Shown one piece after another: positions 18,175 through 28,545 of a stretch of 64,000 nucleotides of DNA. Source of the DNA: a virus. The first letter of the stretch is position 1, and each line of letters opens with the position of its first letter. The notes under the pieces were generated by a model. It was given only the letters and a program-made list of their open reading frames with translations. It did not search any database and was not told the origin of the DNA. The translations under genes were made by a program, and so were the position numbers. Location of the stretch: IMG/VR virus record IMGVR_UViG_3300005613_000046, positions 8,052-72,051 of that record; one strand, given 5' to 3'.

Positions 18175-19428
18175 TTAAAGACCTAAATCACTTAAATCAA
18201 CATCATCATATCCTTCATCTTCATCCTCATCATCATAACCCATAGCATCTTTATAATCTTGTTCTTTCAATTCTTTAACAATTTCATTTACCATTTGTTG
18301 AATGATTTGTTGTCCTTTTGGATCATCACTTAAAATCAATTTTGCCAACTTCATAAACTCATTAGCACTTAATGCTGAAAAACGCATAAACAAATAATGT
18401 TGGATGTGTTTCATGTCATCTTCAAACAATTCCATAGGATATGTTGCCACAAATTTTTCCCAAAATACAGGACCTAATCTAGAGTCCCAAATCTCAGAAG
18501 GAAGTGAATCCTCAGCTCCTAAGACCATTTCAGCTTGTCTTGGGTCATCAGGTAGTCCGTGTGTTCCAAACACCTCGTAAACTCCTTTAACTAACTCGTG
18601 AACAAGAAGTGGAAATGTAACGGCTCTTGCTTTAACCGTTGGTGGATCTGTTTGATCGTCAAATTCAGATTGTCCCATTTGACCACCACCACTTCCGGCC
18701 ATTCCTTCCATGTCAGGAAATATCCAATAAGCGTGTTCCATAAGCGCTTGAGTAACGGCATATAGGTTCATTAATTGTGGGTTGATGTCGTTAATCTCGT
18801 CTCTAACAAGATTATACATGTGTCCTCCTTTAAATGCCGCTCCTTGAATAAGTGAGTTGATAAATCTTCTTTTTGCTCTTTCTAAATTGAAATTCTCAAT
18901 ATCACCCATAAGTTCTTCAACTTCTTCTTCACTTGGCATCTCAGGTTCGCTTTTCATACCTTCAGCAGCACCCATAGGTTGCATTACAAGTTGAGCGTCA
19001 AATTGCATTGCCCCTTCAGGAATACCCAATTCTTTTACAACTAATTCAACTGCTAAATCTTCCAATTCTTCTTTATTTTGAGATTGGATCATTACAAGTC
19101 TTTGCATTGCTTGACCAACGGTCATCATAAGTTGCATAAGAGCGTTTCCTCCTTGAATGGTTCTTGTATCTCCCATCGCCATTCTAACTTTTTCAACTGA
19201 GTCTTTAAATCTTTTAGAAGATATCAACTCAACAAAGTCTCTATCCATTTTTGGCATTGCAGGAAAATTAGAATAAGGTGTTTGTTTTCCTAATATTTTT
19301 CTTTCTACATCACCGGCCATTCTTTCAGGACCTTCGTAGTCAATTGGAGCTTCCATAAGTTTGATAAACTCTTTTTTGGAAATACCTTCCGTAAATAATC
19401 TTTTTTTAATATTTTTCATCTTATTCAA
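18175..19428 (-). CDS. Hypothetical phage protein
   Basis: 417-aa Met/Glu-rich ORF with LVHELVKG and an acidic tail. Confidence 0.75.
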   Translation of the reverse strand: MNKMKNIKKRLFTEGISKKEFIKLMEAPIDYEGPERMAGDVERKILGKQTPYSNFPAMPKMDRDFVELISSKRFKDSVEKVRMAMGDTRTIQGGNALMQLMMTVGQAMQRLVMIQSQNKEELEDLAVELVVKELGIPEGAMQFDAQLVMQPMGAAEGMKSEPEMPSEEEVEELMGDIENFNLERAKRRFINSLIQGAAFKGGHMYNLVRDEINDINPQLMNLYAVTQALMEHAYWIFPDMEGMAGSGGGQMGQSEFDDQTDPPTVKARAVTFPLLVHELVKGVYEVFGTHGLPDDPRQAEMVLGAEDSLPSEIWDSRLGPVFWEKFVATYPMELFEDDMKHIQHYLFMRFSALSANEFMKLAKLILSDDPKGQQIIQQMVNEIVKELKEQDYKDAMGYDDEDEDEGYDDVDLSDLGL

Positions 19429-19912
19429 AATCTATTCCTAGTTCATCAAAGGTCAACCAAGTTGGCATATCACCTTTTCTTTTTCTTGCCTTTGGATCTG
19501 GCTTAGGTCCTGGTTTGGGACTATAAGGAGTTTTAGGTTTTTTTTCTTTTGTTCTTTCCTTTTCCTTAGTTCTTTCTTTTTCTTTTGTCCCAGGTAACAT
19601 AACAGGAAGATCCATTTCTTCATCAAGTTCCATATCATCCATAGATGTGTCAAATTCTTCCATATCTTCATCATCCATAGATGTATCAAATTCTTCTTGG
19701 TTATTTTTTAATCTTTGACTATACATACTTTCCACTTCACGAGGGTCAATACCCATAAGAGCAGCTTCCGCTCCGTATTTTTGATTTAGTCTATCAAATT
19801 CTTCTTGGTCATCTTCAAATAATTGTTGTTCTGAAATCACACGACCTCTATCATAGTTAAAAAGATATTTAATATCTTTTAATTCTTCATTTAAATTCTT
19901 TTTCATGATCAT
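19421..19912 (-). CDS. Leader-bearing low-complexity protein
   Basis: KNLNEELKDIKYLFNY..ISEQ leader; duplicated EEFDTSMDD and KEKERT; ATATTTAT at 19922-19929. Confidence 0.7.
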   Translation of the reverse strand: MIMKKNLNEELKDIKYLFNYDRGRVISEQQLFEDDQEEFDRLNQKYGAEAALMGIDPREVESMYSQRLKNNQEEFDTSMDDEDMEEFDTSMDDMELDEEMDLPVMLPGTKEKERTKEKERTKEKKPKTPYSPKPGPKPDPKARKRKGDMPTWLTFDELGIDFE

Positions 19913-19938
19913 TTTTATTTAATAAATATCATAAACTT

Positions 19939-20223
19939 TTATTCTGTCACCAAATAATAGTTGAACCCCATAGAATAATATAAGAATTGCCCTTTATTTT
20001 TTAAAAGTTCGTTAATTTTTTCTTTTTCAAACAATTTAGCTCCAACAATTTTTTGATTCTTATTCAATTTTCTACCGGTATGGGTATTGATTGTCCCTTC
20101 GACAGGATCCAAATAGTATTTAAGTTTTTTAATTAAAGTTTTTTTATCACCAACGGTTCCAATTCCGTATTTTTTACAAAGTGATTTTATTTCAGTAAGT
20201 TCTAGTGTATTAAGGTCATTCAT
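19939..20223 (-). CDS. SAP/HeH-domain DNA-binding protein
   Basis: LTEIKSLCKKYGIGTVGDKKTLIKKL fits the SAP pattern; TTTG-N20-TATCTTTG at 20228-20259. Confidence 0.65.
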   Translation of the reverse strand: MNDLNTLELTEIKSLCKKYGIGTVGDKKTLIKKLKYYLDPVEGTINTHTGRKLNKNQKIVGAKLFEKEKINELLKNKGQFLYYSMGFNYYLVTE

Positions 20224-20260
20224 AATACAAAGATAAGAAAATTTTAGATAAACACCAAAA

Positions 20261-20485
20261 TTATTTTTTTAACCGACTCATGTTTGGATACTTTCTTTGA
20301 TAGTAATTCCAATTTAATCCTTTATTTTTTTCTTTATCAGAAAATCCGTGAAAATAAGCTTCATTTACAATCTTTTTTTCAAGTTCAGATACTTCTTCTT
20401 TTAAATTAAAAAGGATTTCTAATGTCTCTAAGTTATTTGATTGTTCTTTGATTAAAGAATCTATTTTTTTCTCAATTGGTCCCAT
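20261..20485 (-). CDS. Hypothetical protein
   Basis: 74-aa ORF in the tiling gene array. Confidence 0.6.
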   Translation of the reverse strand: MGPIEKKIDSLIKEQSNNLETLEILFNLKEEVSELEKKIVNEAYFHGFSDKEKNKGLNWNYYQRKYPNMSRLKK

Positions 20486-20498
20486 GATTTTAAATATA

Positions 20499-21104
20499 CT
20501 AATCTAAATTTTCTAATTCAACCTCAACATCAATAGGAATTCCATATTTTTCTAATAATTTGTAGAAAAAATCATAACATTGGTAATTTAGTGCACCAAA
20601 AAAGTCACCAGTTTCATACGCTTCTTGAGCTTCATAGAGTGCATCCCAAAGACTACCATTAACCAAACTTTGTTCCTCAGTGTCAGGATCAAGGAAATCA
20701 TAACTTACTGTTCCGTTACCATCAATCTCAACTAATAGAACGACAACATCGTATTTATAACCCCCTCCTTTTACTTCCTCAATATTAGTGACTTTAATTT
20801 CAGTGTCTAAGTCTATTTCAGGGACAAAAAGTCTAAAAGTTTTATCTAAGACCTCTTCTGTTAATTTTTCAAATAGATTATTAAAACCTCCGTTATACCT
20901 ATACCAAATAGGTCTTATTTTTTGAAAGTCTTCGTTTGTATTTTTTTGAATTCCAGAAATATCATAAATAATATCATCAAGATGAGGTTCTTCACCCATC
21001 TTTTTTTGTTTGTCCCAAATTTTATAACAAAACTTGCGAAGATTTTCTTCGGTAAGATTTTCCGAAATCAAATTTTGTTGTCTTTCTGATATTATTATTT
21101 TCAT
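20499..21104 (-). CDS. MKIIIxE-leader protein
   Basis: MKIIISERQQNLISE. Confidence 0.7.
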   Translation of the reverse strand: MKIIISERQQNLISENLTEENLRKFCYKIWDKQKKMGEEPHLDDIIYDISGIQKNTNEDFQKIRPIWYRYNGGFNNLFEKLTEEVLDKTFRLFVPEIDLDTEIKVTNIEEVKGGGYKYDVVVLLVEIDGNGTVSYDFLDPDTEEQSLVNGSLWDALYEAQEAYETGDFFGALNYQCYDFFYKLLEKYGIPIDVEVELENLD

Positions 21105-21397
21105 CTTCTTTTTTTAACTTTATTAAAACCATTTCTAATTTTTTCATTAAACTGACCACTAGATAACAATAAAAAATCAAATTTATCGGGTGTTATCTTA
21201 GGATTTCTATACTCAAACTCCCTTCTAACTCTACTAATAAGCCGATTCTCATAAACCCCAAAATTATCAGGTTTATTACCTGGTCCTCCTTTTTTAATAT
21301 CATTATTAAGTTCAATAATAACCTCATCAATGATTTGACCTATTTCGGTTAATCTTCTTAATAATTTTATTTGATCTTCTGTTATTAATATTTTCAT
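21101..21397 (-). CDS. MKIIIxE-leader protein
   Basis: MKILITEDQIKLL. Confidence 0.7.
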   Translation of the reverse strand: MKILITEDQIKLLRRLTEIGQIIDEVIIELNNDIKKGGPGNKPDNFGVYENRLISRVRREFEYRNPKITPDKFDFLLLSSGQFNEKIRNGFNKVKKRR

Positions 21398-21771
21398 TAT
21401 CCTATGTTTGCACCACTTACTTCTTTTATTTCTACATCAGGGAATAATTTTTTGAAGTAGTCATATACTGCGTGTTTGATGTGTCTTGATACAATATGGT
21501 ATGGTATTACCTCTTCCATCTGCTCATCAACAGAATAATCATAATATAAGGTTTTAGATTCTTTTCTATACACAAATAGTAAATTACCATTTTCACCCAT
21601 TAAGTATATTGACCCATGACTGTCGCCGTAAGACTTAACATCCTGTTTTACCATCTTTATAAACAACTTCTTATACTTCGGGTATTCATCAATATACTCC
21701 GCATCGAAACGATCTCTATTGTAGTCTTCGTTGATTAACCTTAACTGATCTTCAGTGATTATGATTTTCAT
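21397..21771 (-). CDS. MKIIIxE-leader protein
   Basis: Start reassigned to MKIIITEDQLRLINE (21771); GTATTTAT at 21776-21783. Confidence 0.7.
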   Translation of the reverse strand: MKIIITEDQLRLINEDYNRDRFDAEYIDEYPKYKKLFIKMVKQDVKSYGDSHGSIYLMGENGNLLFVYRKESKTLYYDYSVDEQMEEVIPYHIVSRHIKHAVYDYFKKLFPDVEIKEVSGANIG

Positions 21772-21791
21772 AATAATAAATACCTTGTAAA

Positions 21792-21820
21792 ATAAAAAAC
21801 CCACCTTTATGTGGTGGGTT
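21792..21820 (-). terminator. Intrinsic terminator
   Basis: AACCCACC-N7-GGTGGGTT with U-rich tail on the minus strand. Confidence 0.75.
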
Positions 21821-21833
21821 AAATTTGTTGTTT

Positions 21834-22577
21834 TTAAGCTTTATTAACCTGAACTATTAAATCAGCAATTTTACTTTCGTAAGATTTTTTAACATCTGGT
21901 GTCATTTTAGGAAGTAATCGTTGATAAGTAGATTGTAAATTTTTCAACTCTTGTTCTAATTGTTTTTTATCCTTTTTTACTTGTCTTGCACCTTGTCTTT
22001 CCTGTCTTTGTTGTTGTCTATAATCTTGTCTTATTTCTTTTCCAGTTTTAAGTGGTGTTGTTGCTGATGCTCCCGCCGCTGTTGTTGGTGTCGTTTGTGT
22101 TTGTGTATTGGATAATGAAGTGGCCGGCGTGACAGCTCCTGTAACCGCAGTTCCTTGATTACCTGTCACCGCATCAGGTCCTGTTGTTGGAGCCGTTGCG
22201 GTATTTGTTGTTTGAACAGGTGGTTCAAATGTCTCATCTGATCCGTCTGTCGCTTCTGGTTTTGGTGCTACGGCCTGAAATGGTAATTTTTTAATTGCGT
22301 CAAGTCCAGGACCAGATTTTGCTTCAGTCCAATTTATGAATTTTTTTTGTGCTAAAAAAGATTTTGCCTTTTCACTTTTAGGGGTTGCTTTTAACTTAAA
22401 GAAATATTTATCACCTTCTTTTTTGTAGTCGTAATCTTTGTCGTTATTATACATTTCGACATTTTTACCTTCAGCATCCATTCTCTGCTCAAACAAAAAT
22501 TCTTTTTTAATTGCGGATTTATGTAAATTTAAAATACGACTTTTTTCAGATTCTGTTAGATTTAATAAATTTTTCAT
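21834..22577 (-). CDS. Leader-bearing protein with T/A-rich linker and coiled coil
   Basis: LTESEKSRILNLH..FLFEQ leader, similar to that of 6403-6981. Confidence 0.7.
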   Translation of the reverse strand: MKNLLNLTESEKSRILNLHKSAIKKEFLFEQRMDAEGKNVEMYNNDKDYDYKKEGDKYFFKLKATPKSEKAKSFLAQKKFINWTEAKSGPGLDAIKKLPFQAVAPKPEATDGSDETFEPPVQTTNTATAPTTGPDAVTGNQGTAVTGAVTPATSLSNTQTQTTPTTAAGASATTPLKTGKEIRQDYRQQQRQERQGARQVKKDKKQLEQELKNLQSTYQRLLPKMTPDVKKSYESKIADLIVQVNKA

Positions 22578-22579
22578 AA

Positions 22580-23959
22580 TTAAGTAAATAAGTTGAAGTC
22601 TTCGTCCTCCTCAGCTCTTCTTAGAACTGAATCAGGGATTATGTTTTTACCTTCAGCACCTGGTATATTCAACACCATTAGATTTGGCATATCACCAATA
22701 CACTCAGGAAGTCTTTGAAGGTTTTTATTATCAACCAAAGATAAATATTGTAGGTTTGATAAAGAACATATTGCTTCAGGAAGTGATACAATACAATTAA
22801 CAAAGTTAAGTGCTTGTAGTTGTTTAAATCTACTAATGTCGTTTGGTATATTCAAAGCTATATTGTCCCCTCCTCTTGAAGTGTTTTTGAATGTAAATCT
22901 TTTAAGATTTTCAGGTAATGTTGCAAATAACTCATCAAACCCATAAAGAGCAACGAATTTAGATGCCGAGTCACCAGGATAGTCAATAATAACTTTATCA
23001 CCTTTATCACCTGACAATGATTTCATAAACTCAGGTTTGAAGAATGTTTTAAGACCTTCTTCATTTGTGTTTAAGAAGTCAACCAAATTAATTTGTCTAT
23101 CAGATGGATCCATGTATTGATTAGAAGGGAAATGGAACTGATAACGAAGTGCTGGAAGACCAGATACATCACCATATTCTTTTTCACCTCTATGTTTTTG
23201 ACCTTTATTAGGTATAACAACATATAAAGGACCATCTTTGATATAACGATCAAACCAAGTTAATCCTGGTGAAGATGTGCACCATCTTGTTTCACCTTTA
23301 CCCTCTTCTTGGTATGAACCTCCGTAAAAACAAGCGGCGTCCTTACCAAGTTGTCCTTTATCTTCAATTTTTGCAACCGTCCAATCTTGACCACGATAAA
23401 CGATTTCAGCTCCAGGGTGTTGATATGTTTTAGACGCTTCTTTCTTTTCGTCTTTAGTTGCTTTAGTTTTTTCTAAACTAAAATCCTTAACATTATCATA
23501 TAATGTATCAGGAGTTAATTTATTAATATCACGAAACTCTTGAGGTAATCTATTTTTGAATTTTTCAAATTTTTTAAGGTCACCAGTCACTTTATATAAA
23601 TCTTCCATAAACAAATTTTGGAATTCTTTAAGTGCTGATTTATACTGACCTGATTGAGGATCTACAATATTTAATGGGTGATCTGAAGGTAACTTTGGTG
23701 TTACAAAGTTTTTTAATAACCACTGAGAGTATTTTCCGATTTTAACTCGGTCCATATCTTGTGGTTTTATATTATTAATATCCATTCCTTCAGGAAACCT
23801 TGAAGTTGGATCGGCAGCGATTAAAGCAATTAAAGTTTCAAACGGCATAATACCTTTTTGACCCTTATCTTTTGGTTTTACGAACTTATCAAAAAGGACT
23901 TGAAATCTTGAACTTTCAACAATAAGATCTTTTAAAATATTTGTAAATCTAAGTGACAT
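22580..23959 (-). CDS. Phage protein with TRWC domain and C-terminal leucine-rich repeats
   Basis: AACFYG..TRWCTS..GPLYV..RYQFHF; LPEAICSLSNLQYLSL and LPECIGDMPNLMVLNI LRRs; ATATTTAT at 23976-23983. Confidence 0.75.
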   Translation of the reverse strand: MSLRFTNILKDLIVESSRFQVLFDKFVKPKDKGQKGIMPFETLIALIAADPTSRFPEGMDINNIKPQDMDRVKIGKYSQWLLKNFVTPKLPSDHPLNIVDPQSGQYKSALKEFQNLFMEDLYKVTGDLKKFEKFKNRLPQEFRDINKLTPDTLYDNVKDFSLEKTKATKDEKKEASKTYQHPGAEIVYRGQDWTVAKIEDKGQLGKDAACFYGGSYQEEGKGETRWCTSSPGLTWFDRYIKDGPLYVVIPNKGQKHRGEKEYGDVSGLPALRYQFHFPSNQYMDPSDRQINLVDFLNTNEEGLKTFFKPEFMKSLSGDKGDKVIIDYPGDSASKFVALYGFDELFATLPENLKRFTFKNTSRGGDNIALNIPNDISRFKQLQALNFVNCIVSLPEAICSLSNLQYLSLVDNKNLQRLPECIGDMPNLMVLNIPGAEGKNIIPDSVLRRAEEDEDFNLFT

Positions 23960-24000
23960 AGTGATTTTTTTATTAATAAATATTTGTAAATGCGAAAAAA

Positions 24001-24840
24001 TTAATAATTCATGATAAGTAATTCCTCACCCATGTTTTGTTTCTCACCTTTTTTGGCTGAAGCCGCCTTTGCGAACTCCTTTCTTACCCAAGTGTATTGA
24101 TCTTCAGGGAACCATTCGTGAAGTAATTCAAAGTCATAATACGACAATGAAAACTTACCTTGAACTCCGTGTAGAACATTTGCCAACCTTTCATGATCCT
24201 GTCTGTCAAAATCGTGGTTGGAGTAATAGTTTTCCGTTTTCCAATAAGGTGGATCCAAATAAATGTATGTAGATGGTGAATCGTATTTTTGAATTACGTC
24301 AGCAAAATCCATGTTCTCAACGTCTGTAATCTTCAAAAAGTGATCCACCCAATCAGGTTTAGATAATTTATCTCTAAATGTAAGATACTTTGATTTGTAT
24401 TTTCCTTTAAGGTCAATAAAGTTTGATGTTTCAGGTTTTGAACCACTAAAAACTTGGGTTAGAATATAAACATATTTAGCGGCCACTTCATAATCTCCAG
24501 CCTCTACGTTAAAACTTTTATTAAAAATTTCAGCCTGAAAGTTTACAAATTGTTCACGATATATTTCAGGTGTAACATCTACACCTTGTTTTTGACAATC
24601 AATAGAATTGATTGCTCGTAGTAATTCTGTTGGGTTTTGAACACACTTGAATAGATTATAATTCAACGGGTTAAAGTCGTTGTAAACCACTTTATTTAGA
24701 TTGGGGAATTGTTTTAGATCCATGTTATAGAAACACCAATACATACCTCCAAAAGTCTCAAGATAGACTTCCATATTTTTATCATAGAAAGGGACGATCC
24801 ACTTTCCAATTTTACTCTTACCACCAATGTATGAAACCAA
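24001..24840 (-). CDS. Dam-like (D12 class) N6-adenine DNA methyltransferase
   Basis: YIGGKS, ETFGG, VYND, YLDPPY and EELLIMNY motifs; TTG start. Confidence 0.9.
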   Translation of the reverse strand: MVSYIGGKSKIGKWIVPFYDKNMEVYLETFGGMYWCFYNMDLKQFPNLNKVVYNDFNPLNYNLFKCVQNPTELLRAINSIDCQKQGVDVTPEIYREQFVNFQAEIFNKSFNVEAGDYEVAAKYVYILTQVFSGSKPETSNFIDLKGKYKSKYLTFRDKLSKPDWVDHFLKITDVENMDFADVIQKYDSPSTYIYLDPPYWKTENYYSNHDFDRQDHERLANVLHGVQGKFSLSYYDFELLHEWFPEDQYTWVRKEFAKAASAKKGEKQNMGEELLIMNY

Positions 24841-24845
24841 AATAT

Positions 24846-25529
24846 TTATTTTTTTCTGTATTTATATTTTTCTCTGATTATATCAATAACCTCATCAAAG
24901 ATAATTTTTTTTCTAATTAAAAACAAGTCTGTATCAGAATAAAATCCATTGTAGATTTGTTCAATATCCGACATACCCGCCCAACCAACAAACTTATATT
25001 GTTTATTTTTTGGCCCATAAAGTTTGTTTACATTAACCCCAAATAGTTTACCCATTCTTTCATTTAAAGTTTCTATAAACTTAACTGAACCTCCAACAAT
25101 TCTTAAATCTCCTCGTTTAGATTGATCCCGTTTATCTTCATTAATTCTAATACATCCATCACCATCAAAATATCCTCGTAAAAAATGTTTTTCAAGTTTT
25201 TCATCAATTTTGGGGTATTCTATTGTGTATGTTTTATTTTGATGTATTCCAAGATTCTTTAAATCATTTATCATTTTTTTACTGGAAAATCCAACTTCAG
25301 AAATATCTCTATTTTTACTTCTCCATATTTCAACCTCACTATCTAATAGAGATATAAATCTTTCAAGTATATCTTCATCTTTATTATGAATCTTAATAAC
25401 TAATTTATACCTATATTCTTTTGGGTTATCAATTAAACACCCGTCCGCAAAAATAAAACCAAGAAAATATGCCTTTTCAGGTGTGTCTATTACTTCAAAA
25501 TAATCTTCATTAAATTTCTTTCTTTTCAT
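24846..25529 (-). CDS. Double-motif LAGLIDADG homing endonuclease
   Basis: AYFLGFIFADG and FLRGYFDGDGC helices. Confidence 0.9.
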   Translation of the reverse strand: MKRKKFNEDYFEVIDTPEKAYFLGFIFADGCLIDNPKEYRYKLVIKIHNKDEDILERFISLLDSEVEIWRSKNRDISEVGFSSKKMINDLKNLGIHQNKTYTIEYPKIDEKLEKHFLRGYFDGDGCIRINEDKRDQSKRGDLRIVGGSVKFIETLNERMGKLFGVNVNKLYGPKNKQYKFVGWAGMSDIEQIYNGFYSDTDLFLIRKKIIFDEVIDIIREKYKYRKK

Positions 25530-25674
25530 AATACTCCTTAACTAAATTTTGTATGAATTTAGAAACACTAACTTTTTCTTCTTTCATTTTATCAAAAAGA
25601 TATCGGTCAATACTAATTCCGTATTTAACTTTTTTATCTTTATCGTCTTTATAAGGTTTTCCTTTTGTTGCCAT
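25510..25674 (-). CDS. Small ribbon-helix-helix-like protein coupled to the homing endonuclease
   Basis: KVKYGISIDRYLFDKM..SVSKFIQNLVKEY; start MATKGK; ATATTTAT at 25682-25689. Confidence 0.55.
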   Translation of the reverse strand: MATKGKPYKDDKDKKVKYGISIDRYLFDKMKEEKVSVSKFIQNLVKEYYEKKEI

Positions 25675-25771
25675 ATATAATATAAATATACTCAAACCTA
25701 AGAAAAGTGCGTCGAAAGTAAATTATTTTTTTATTATTTATTTTCAACTGACTAATAATTAAATTATAGGT

Positions 25772-25933
25772 ATGGAAGAGAAAAAAGCAACAGAAGTAAA
25801 ATGTAAAACTTGTGAAGAAAGTAGACAAGTTAAAAACACACAAAAATTCGTTTTGATTTTTGGTGGAGTGTTCACCTTTTTTGCCCTTTATGGGTTTGTA
25901 TCAGCAATTAAAGATTTAATAAGTCTTTTTTAA
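25772..25933 (+). CDS. Small CxxC protein with C-terminal TM helix (53 aa)
   Basis: Hand translation [16 protein letters not shown]...[28 protein letters not shown]. Confidence 0.6.
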   Translation: MEEKKATEVKCKTCEESRQVKNTQKFVLIFGGVFTFFALYGFVSAIKDLISLF

Positions 25934-26841
25934 TCCCGTTGAAACTTAACGAATTGATTAATAATCAAATCGCCAACCGTATCTAATTTAAACCCTTTAG
26001 ATTTAATTCTTAAGGGTTTTGACGTATCCACTTGTTTAGGTAATTTAACGTTTAACGAACCATCAGGATGAGGAATTGTTATACCACCACTTTGTAGGTC
26101 ATTTAAATTCATAAAAGAATCATATACCAAATGATTTCCAACTTTGGTAAACCCATTTTGAGGTTGTAAGTCAACTTTGACAATTAAATCACCATACATA
26201 CCATTTTTAAAGTCCCCCATTTCTGAAAGTCGTAAAAATTGACCATTATCGATTCCATGTGGTAATGAAACATCTAAAGATTTCATTTCAGGTTTAGATC
26301 CGACACCTTTACATAAAAAACATGGATTTATTAAAAAATAACCTCGTCCTTGGCAACTCTCACAAACAGATTGTGCCAGTTGGACAAACATACCTGATCC
26401 AAATTGTTTAACTATAACTCCGGATCCCGAACAAACATTACAGGTTCTTTTATCACCACCTGAACCATTGCAAGGATCACATTTAACTTGTCGTCTATAT
26501 GATAGTGTGTGTTTTCCTCCGGTATATGAATTTAGTGTTCCAATATTTACGGTAATATTTGATGTATGAGCCGGTCTATTTTGTCGGTTCATAGAATTAA
26601 CAAAACTATTGAAGTTAAATGACCCTCCTCCAAATGGATTCTTTCTTTGTTGATCGTATGAACTTCTTTTACTTTCATCACCTAATGTGTCATAAGCCAA
26701 TGATATTTTTTTAAAAAGGTCTTCATTACCACCAGTGTCTGGATGATTTTCTTTCGCTAACTTTCTATATTTTTTTTTAATGTCTTCTTGTGTTGCATTT
26801 TCGTCAACCCCTAAAACATCATATAAATTTTCATTATTCAT
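25930..26841 (-). CDS. dnaJ: DnaJ chaperone
   Basis: J domain with HPD, four CxxCxGxG repeats, C-terminal domain. Confidence 0.95.
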   Translation of the reverse strand: MNNENLYDVLGVDENATQEDIKKKYRKLAKENHPDTGGNEDLFKKISLAYDTLGDESKRSSYDQQRKNPFGGGSFNFNSFVNSMNRQNRPAHTSNITVNIGTLNSYTGGKHTLSYRRQVKCDPCNGSGGDKRTCNVCSGSGVIVKQFGSGMFVQLAQSVCESCQGRGYFLINPCFLCKGVGSKPEMKSLDVSLPHGIDNGQFLRLSEMGDFKNGMYGDLIVKVDLQPQNGFTKVGNHLVYDSFMNLNDLQSGGITIPHPDGSLNVKLPKQVDTSKPLRIKSKGFKLDTVGDLIINQFVKFQRD

Positions 26842-26870
26842 TTATTTATGTATGATCTTATAATTTAATT

Positions 26871-27512
26871 ATGAATTACCTCGTGGTATTGTTTAAAAAT
26901 AAAGAAAGAAAAAAAATAATCAACAAGTTTAAGACCTTAAAGAATGCTCAAGATTTTTTTGACAAAAAAATTGATGATAGTTCAAAAGTTATTTTTGGTA
27001 AAGAGATTGAAAATGCGTCCGATTGTTTTTTTGAGTTGGCTCTTTTAAAAAGAAGAGATGATAATTTTGAAACTATGTTTGTTAGAGATGATTATGGAAG
27101 ACAGGTTAAGATTGAAACAGATGATCCTGACTACAAAATCATAAAAATTTCAAAATATTTAGTTGAGGAAAAAATTTTTGACATATCGAAAAATAAAAAG
27201 ATTTCAGTTAACGATTTTATTAAAACTTATCTTCCAAAAAATTCAATAAAACTTATTTCATCTTTAAATAATAAAATTATTGTTCAAAACGACAATTTAA
27301 TTAATTTATTTTCACTAAAAAATGAAATGGAATCTAAAAGGTTTTTAGATAGTTTAAGTGATTACTTTCAAAAGGAAGGAAGAATTGATTCTATTATTGT
27401 TAGTGAATCCTCAAAAGAACAGAAAAAATATTTATATGATCTACTTTGTTCTTCAGGAATTGATAAACAAACACTATATCGAAGATCAACGACCTTTAAA
27501 AAAAGAAATTAA
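26871..27512 (+). CDS. Hypothetical protein
   Basis: 213-aa ORF divergent from dnaJ. Confidence 0.7.
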   Translation: MNYLVVLFKNKERKKIINKFKTLKNAQDFFDKKIDDSSKVIFGKEIENASDCFFELALLKRRDDNFETMFVRDDYGRQVKIETDDPDYKIIKISKYLVEEKIFDISKNKKISVNDFIKTYLPKNSIKLISSLNNKIIVQNDNLINLFSLKNEMESKRFLDSLSDYFQKEGRIDSIIVSESSKEQKKYLYDLLCSSGIDKQTLYRRSTTFKKRN

Positions 27513-27806
27513 TTTTTCTCTTATGGTTTTTTTTGGTTCTACTTTTGGTTCCTCAACGATATTATCATATTTTTGATTCGCAATTTCCTCGTGAATAAAC
27601 ACATGTTGAACTCCTGAAATATCTATAGAAAACTTTTTATGTTGATTATCAATTTTTCTAAAATTGCTTTGGACTTTTTTAAAATCATCGTCATTCAATT
27701 CATATACACAAATCATTTTACCATCTTCAAAAAGAGTTTGAAGAGCGTCTGTTATAAGAGCAAGATTTTCTAAGACCCCATCAACACTTTTTTTACCCTC
27801 TTCCAT
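27486..27806 (-). CDS. Hypothetical protein
   Basis: ORF in an overlapping operon. Confidence 0.6.
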   Translation of the reverse strand: MEEGKKSVDGVLENLALITDALQTLFEDGKMICVYELNDDDFKKVQSNFRKIDNQHKKFSIDISGVQHVFIHEEIANQKYDNIVEEPKVEPKKTIREKLISFFKGR

Positions 27807-27970
27807 AATGTTAATTTTTCTTTTTTAATGACAATTTCATCTTTTTTAAAGTCTTTTAAAGATTCTATCATCCTTAATTTTTCAATTTCCAACTCTTTTT
27901 TATCCTTTTCTAACTCACTCTTCAACCAATCTATCGCTTGCTCCTCTCGGGTCAATAACTTCTTCTCCAT
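27770..27970 (-). CDS. Hypothetical coiled-coil protein
   Basis: 66-aa charged ORF. Confidence 0.55.
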   Translation of the reverse strand: MEKKLLTREEQAIDWLKSELEKDKKELEIEKLRMIESLKDFKKDEIVIKKEKLTLWKRVKKVLMGS

Positions 27971-28343
27971 CGTTTAATTTCTCTTCTAAAATATCAAATT
28001 TTAATTGTTGTAAATTTTCTAAGTTTTCTTTTTCAAATATTCTTTTAAGTTCATCAATTTTTTGTTTTAATAAACTTTCTTTCATTTCAATTTCTTTGTT
28101 GTATGAAACAATATTTTTGATATTTGAAACGGTATTGTTTAATTCAGATTCATTAAATTCAGATACAAATGAAAAAAATCTTTTGTCGTCATGAACTTTT
28201 TGATTTTCGACAATTTTATCTTCTCTAACAAATTTTTTGGGTATTTTCCAATGTATTGGGAATTCAATATCTATGGATAAATAACTTTTTAATTTTCTTA
28301 CTGAAACAAGGTATTGAAATACGTCTTTTAGTTCTTGATACAT
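27915..28343 (-). CDS. Hypothetical protein
   Basis: 142-aa ORF with C-terminal coiled coil. Confidence 0.65.
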   Translation of the reverse strand: MYQELKDVFQYLVSVRKLKSYLSIDIEFPIHWKIPKKFVREDKIVENQKVHDDKRFFSFVSEFNESELNNTVSNIKNIVSYNKEIEMKESLLKQKIDELKRIFEKENLENLQQLKFDILEEKLNDGEEVIDPRGASDRLVEE

Positions 28344-28344
28344 A

Positions 28345-28545
28345 TTATATTATTTTAATTAAAATATAGGTTATTAAATACGAAATAAAAAAATAGTTGG
28401 ATATTTTTTCCCATATTCCGTAGACCAAATGTCTTGGGTTTTCACTTAATATGTTTTTAACAATACCAAAAATTGAATTAACAACATATAGTATTGATAA
28501 AACAAAAAAGAACAGAGAAAAAATATCCATAACTATCATAATCAT
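28345..28545 (-). CDS. Small two-TM membrane protein
   Basis: Two hydrophobic segments. Confidence 0.6.
   Translation of the reverse strand: MIMIVMDIFSLFFFVLSILYVVNSIFGIVKNILSENPRHLVYGIWEKISNYFFISYLITYILIKII

Noticed and set aside
24840-25770. Group I intron or intein around the LAGLIDADG gene
   Set aside because: No interrupted host gene, no room for an intron core, and no intein splicing residues
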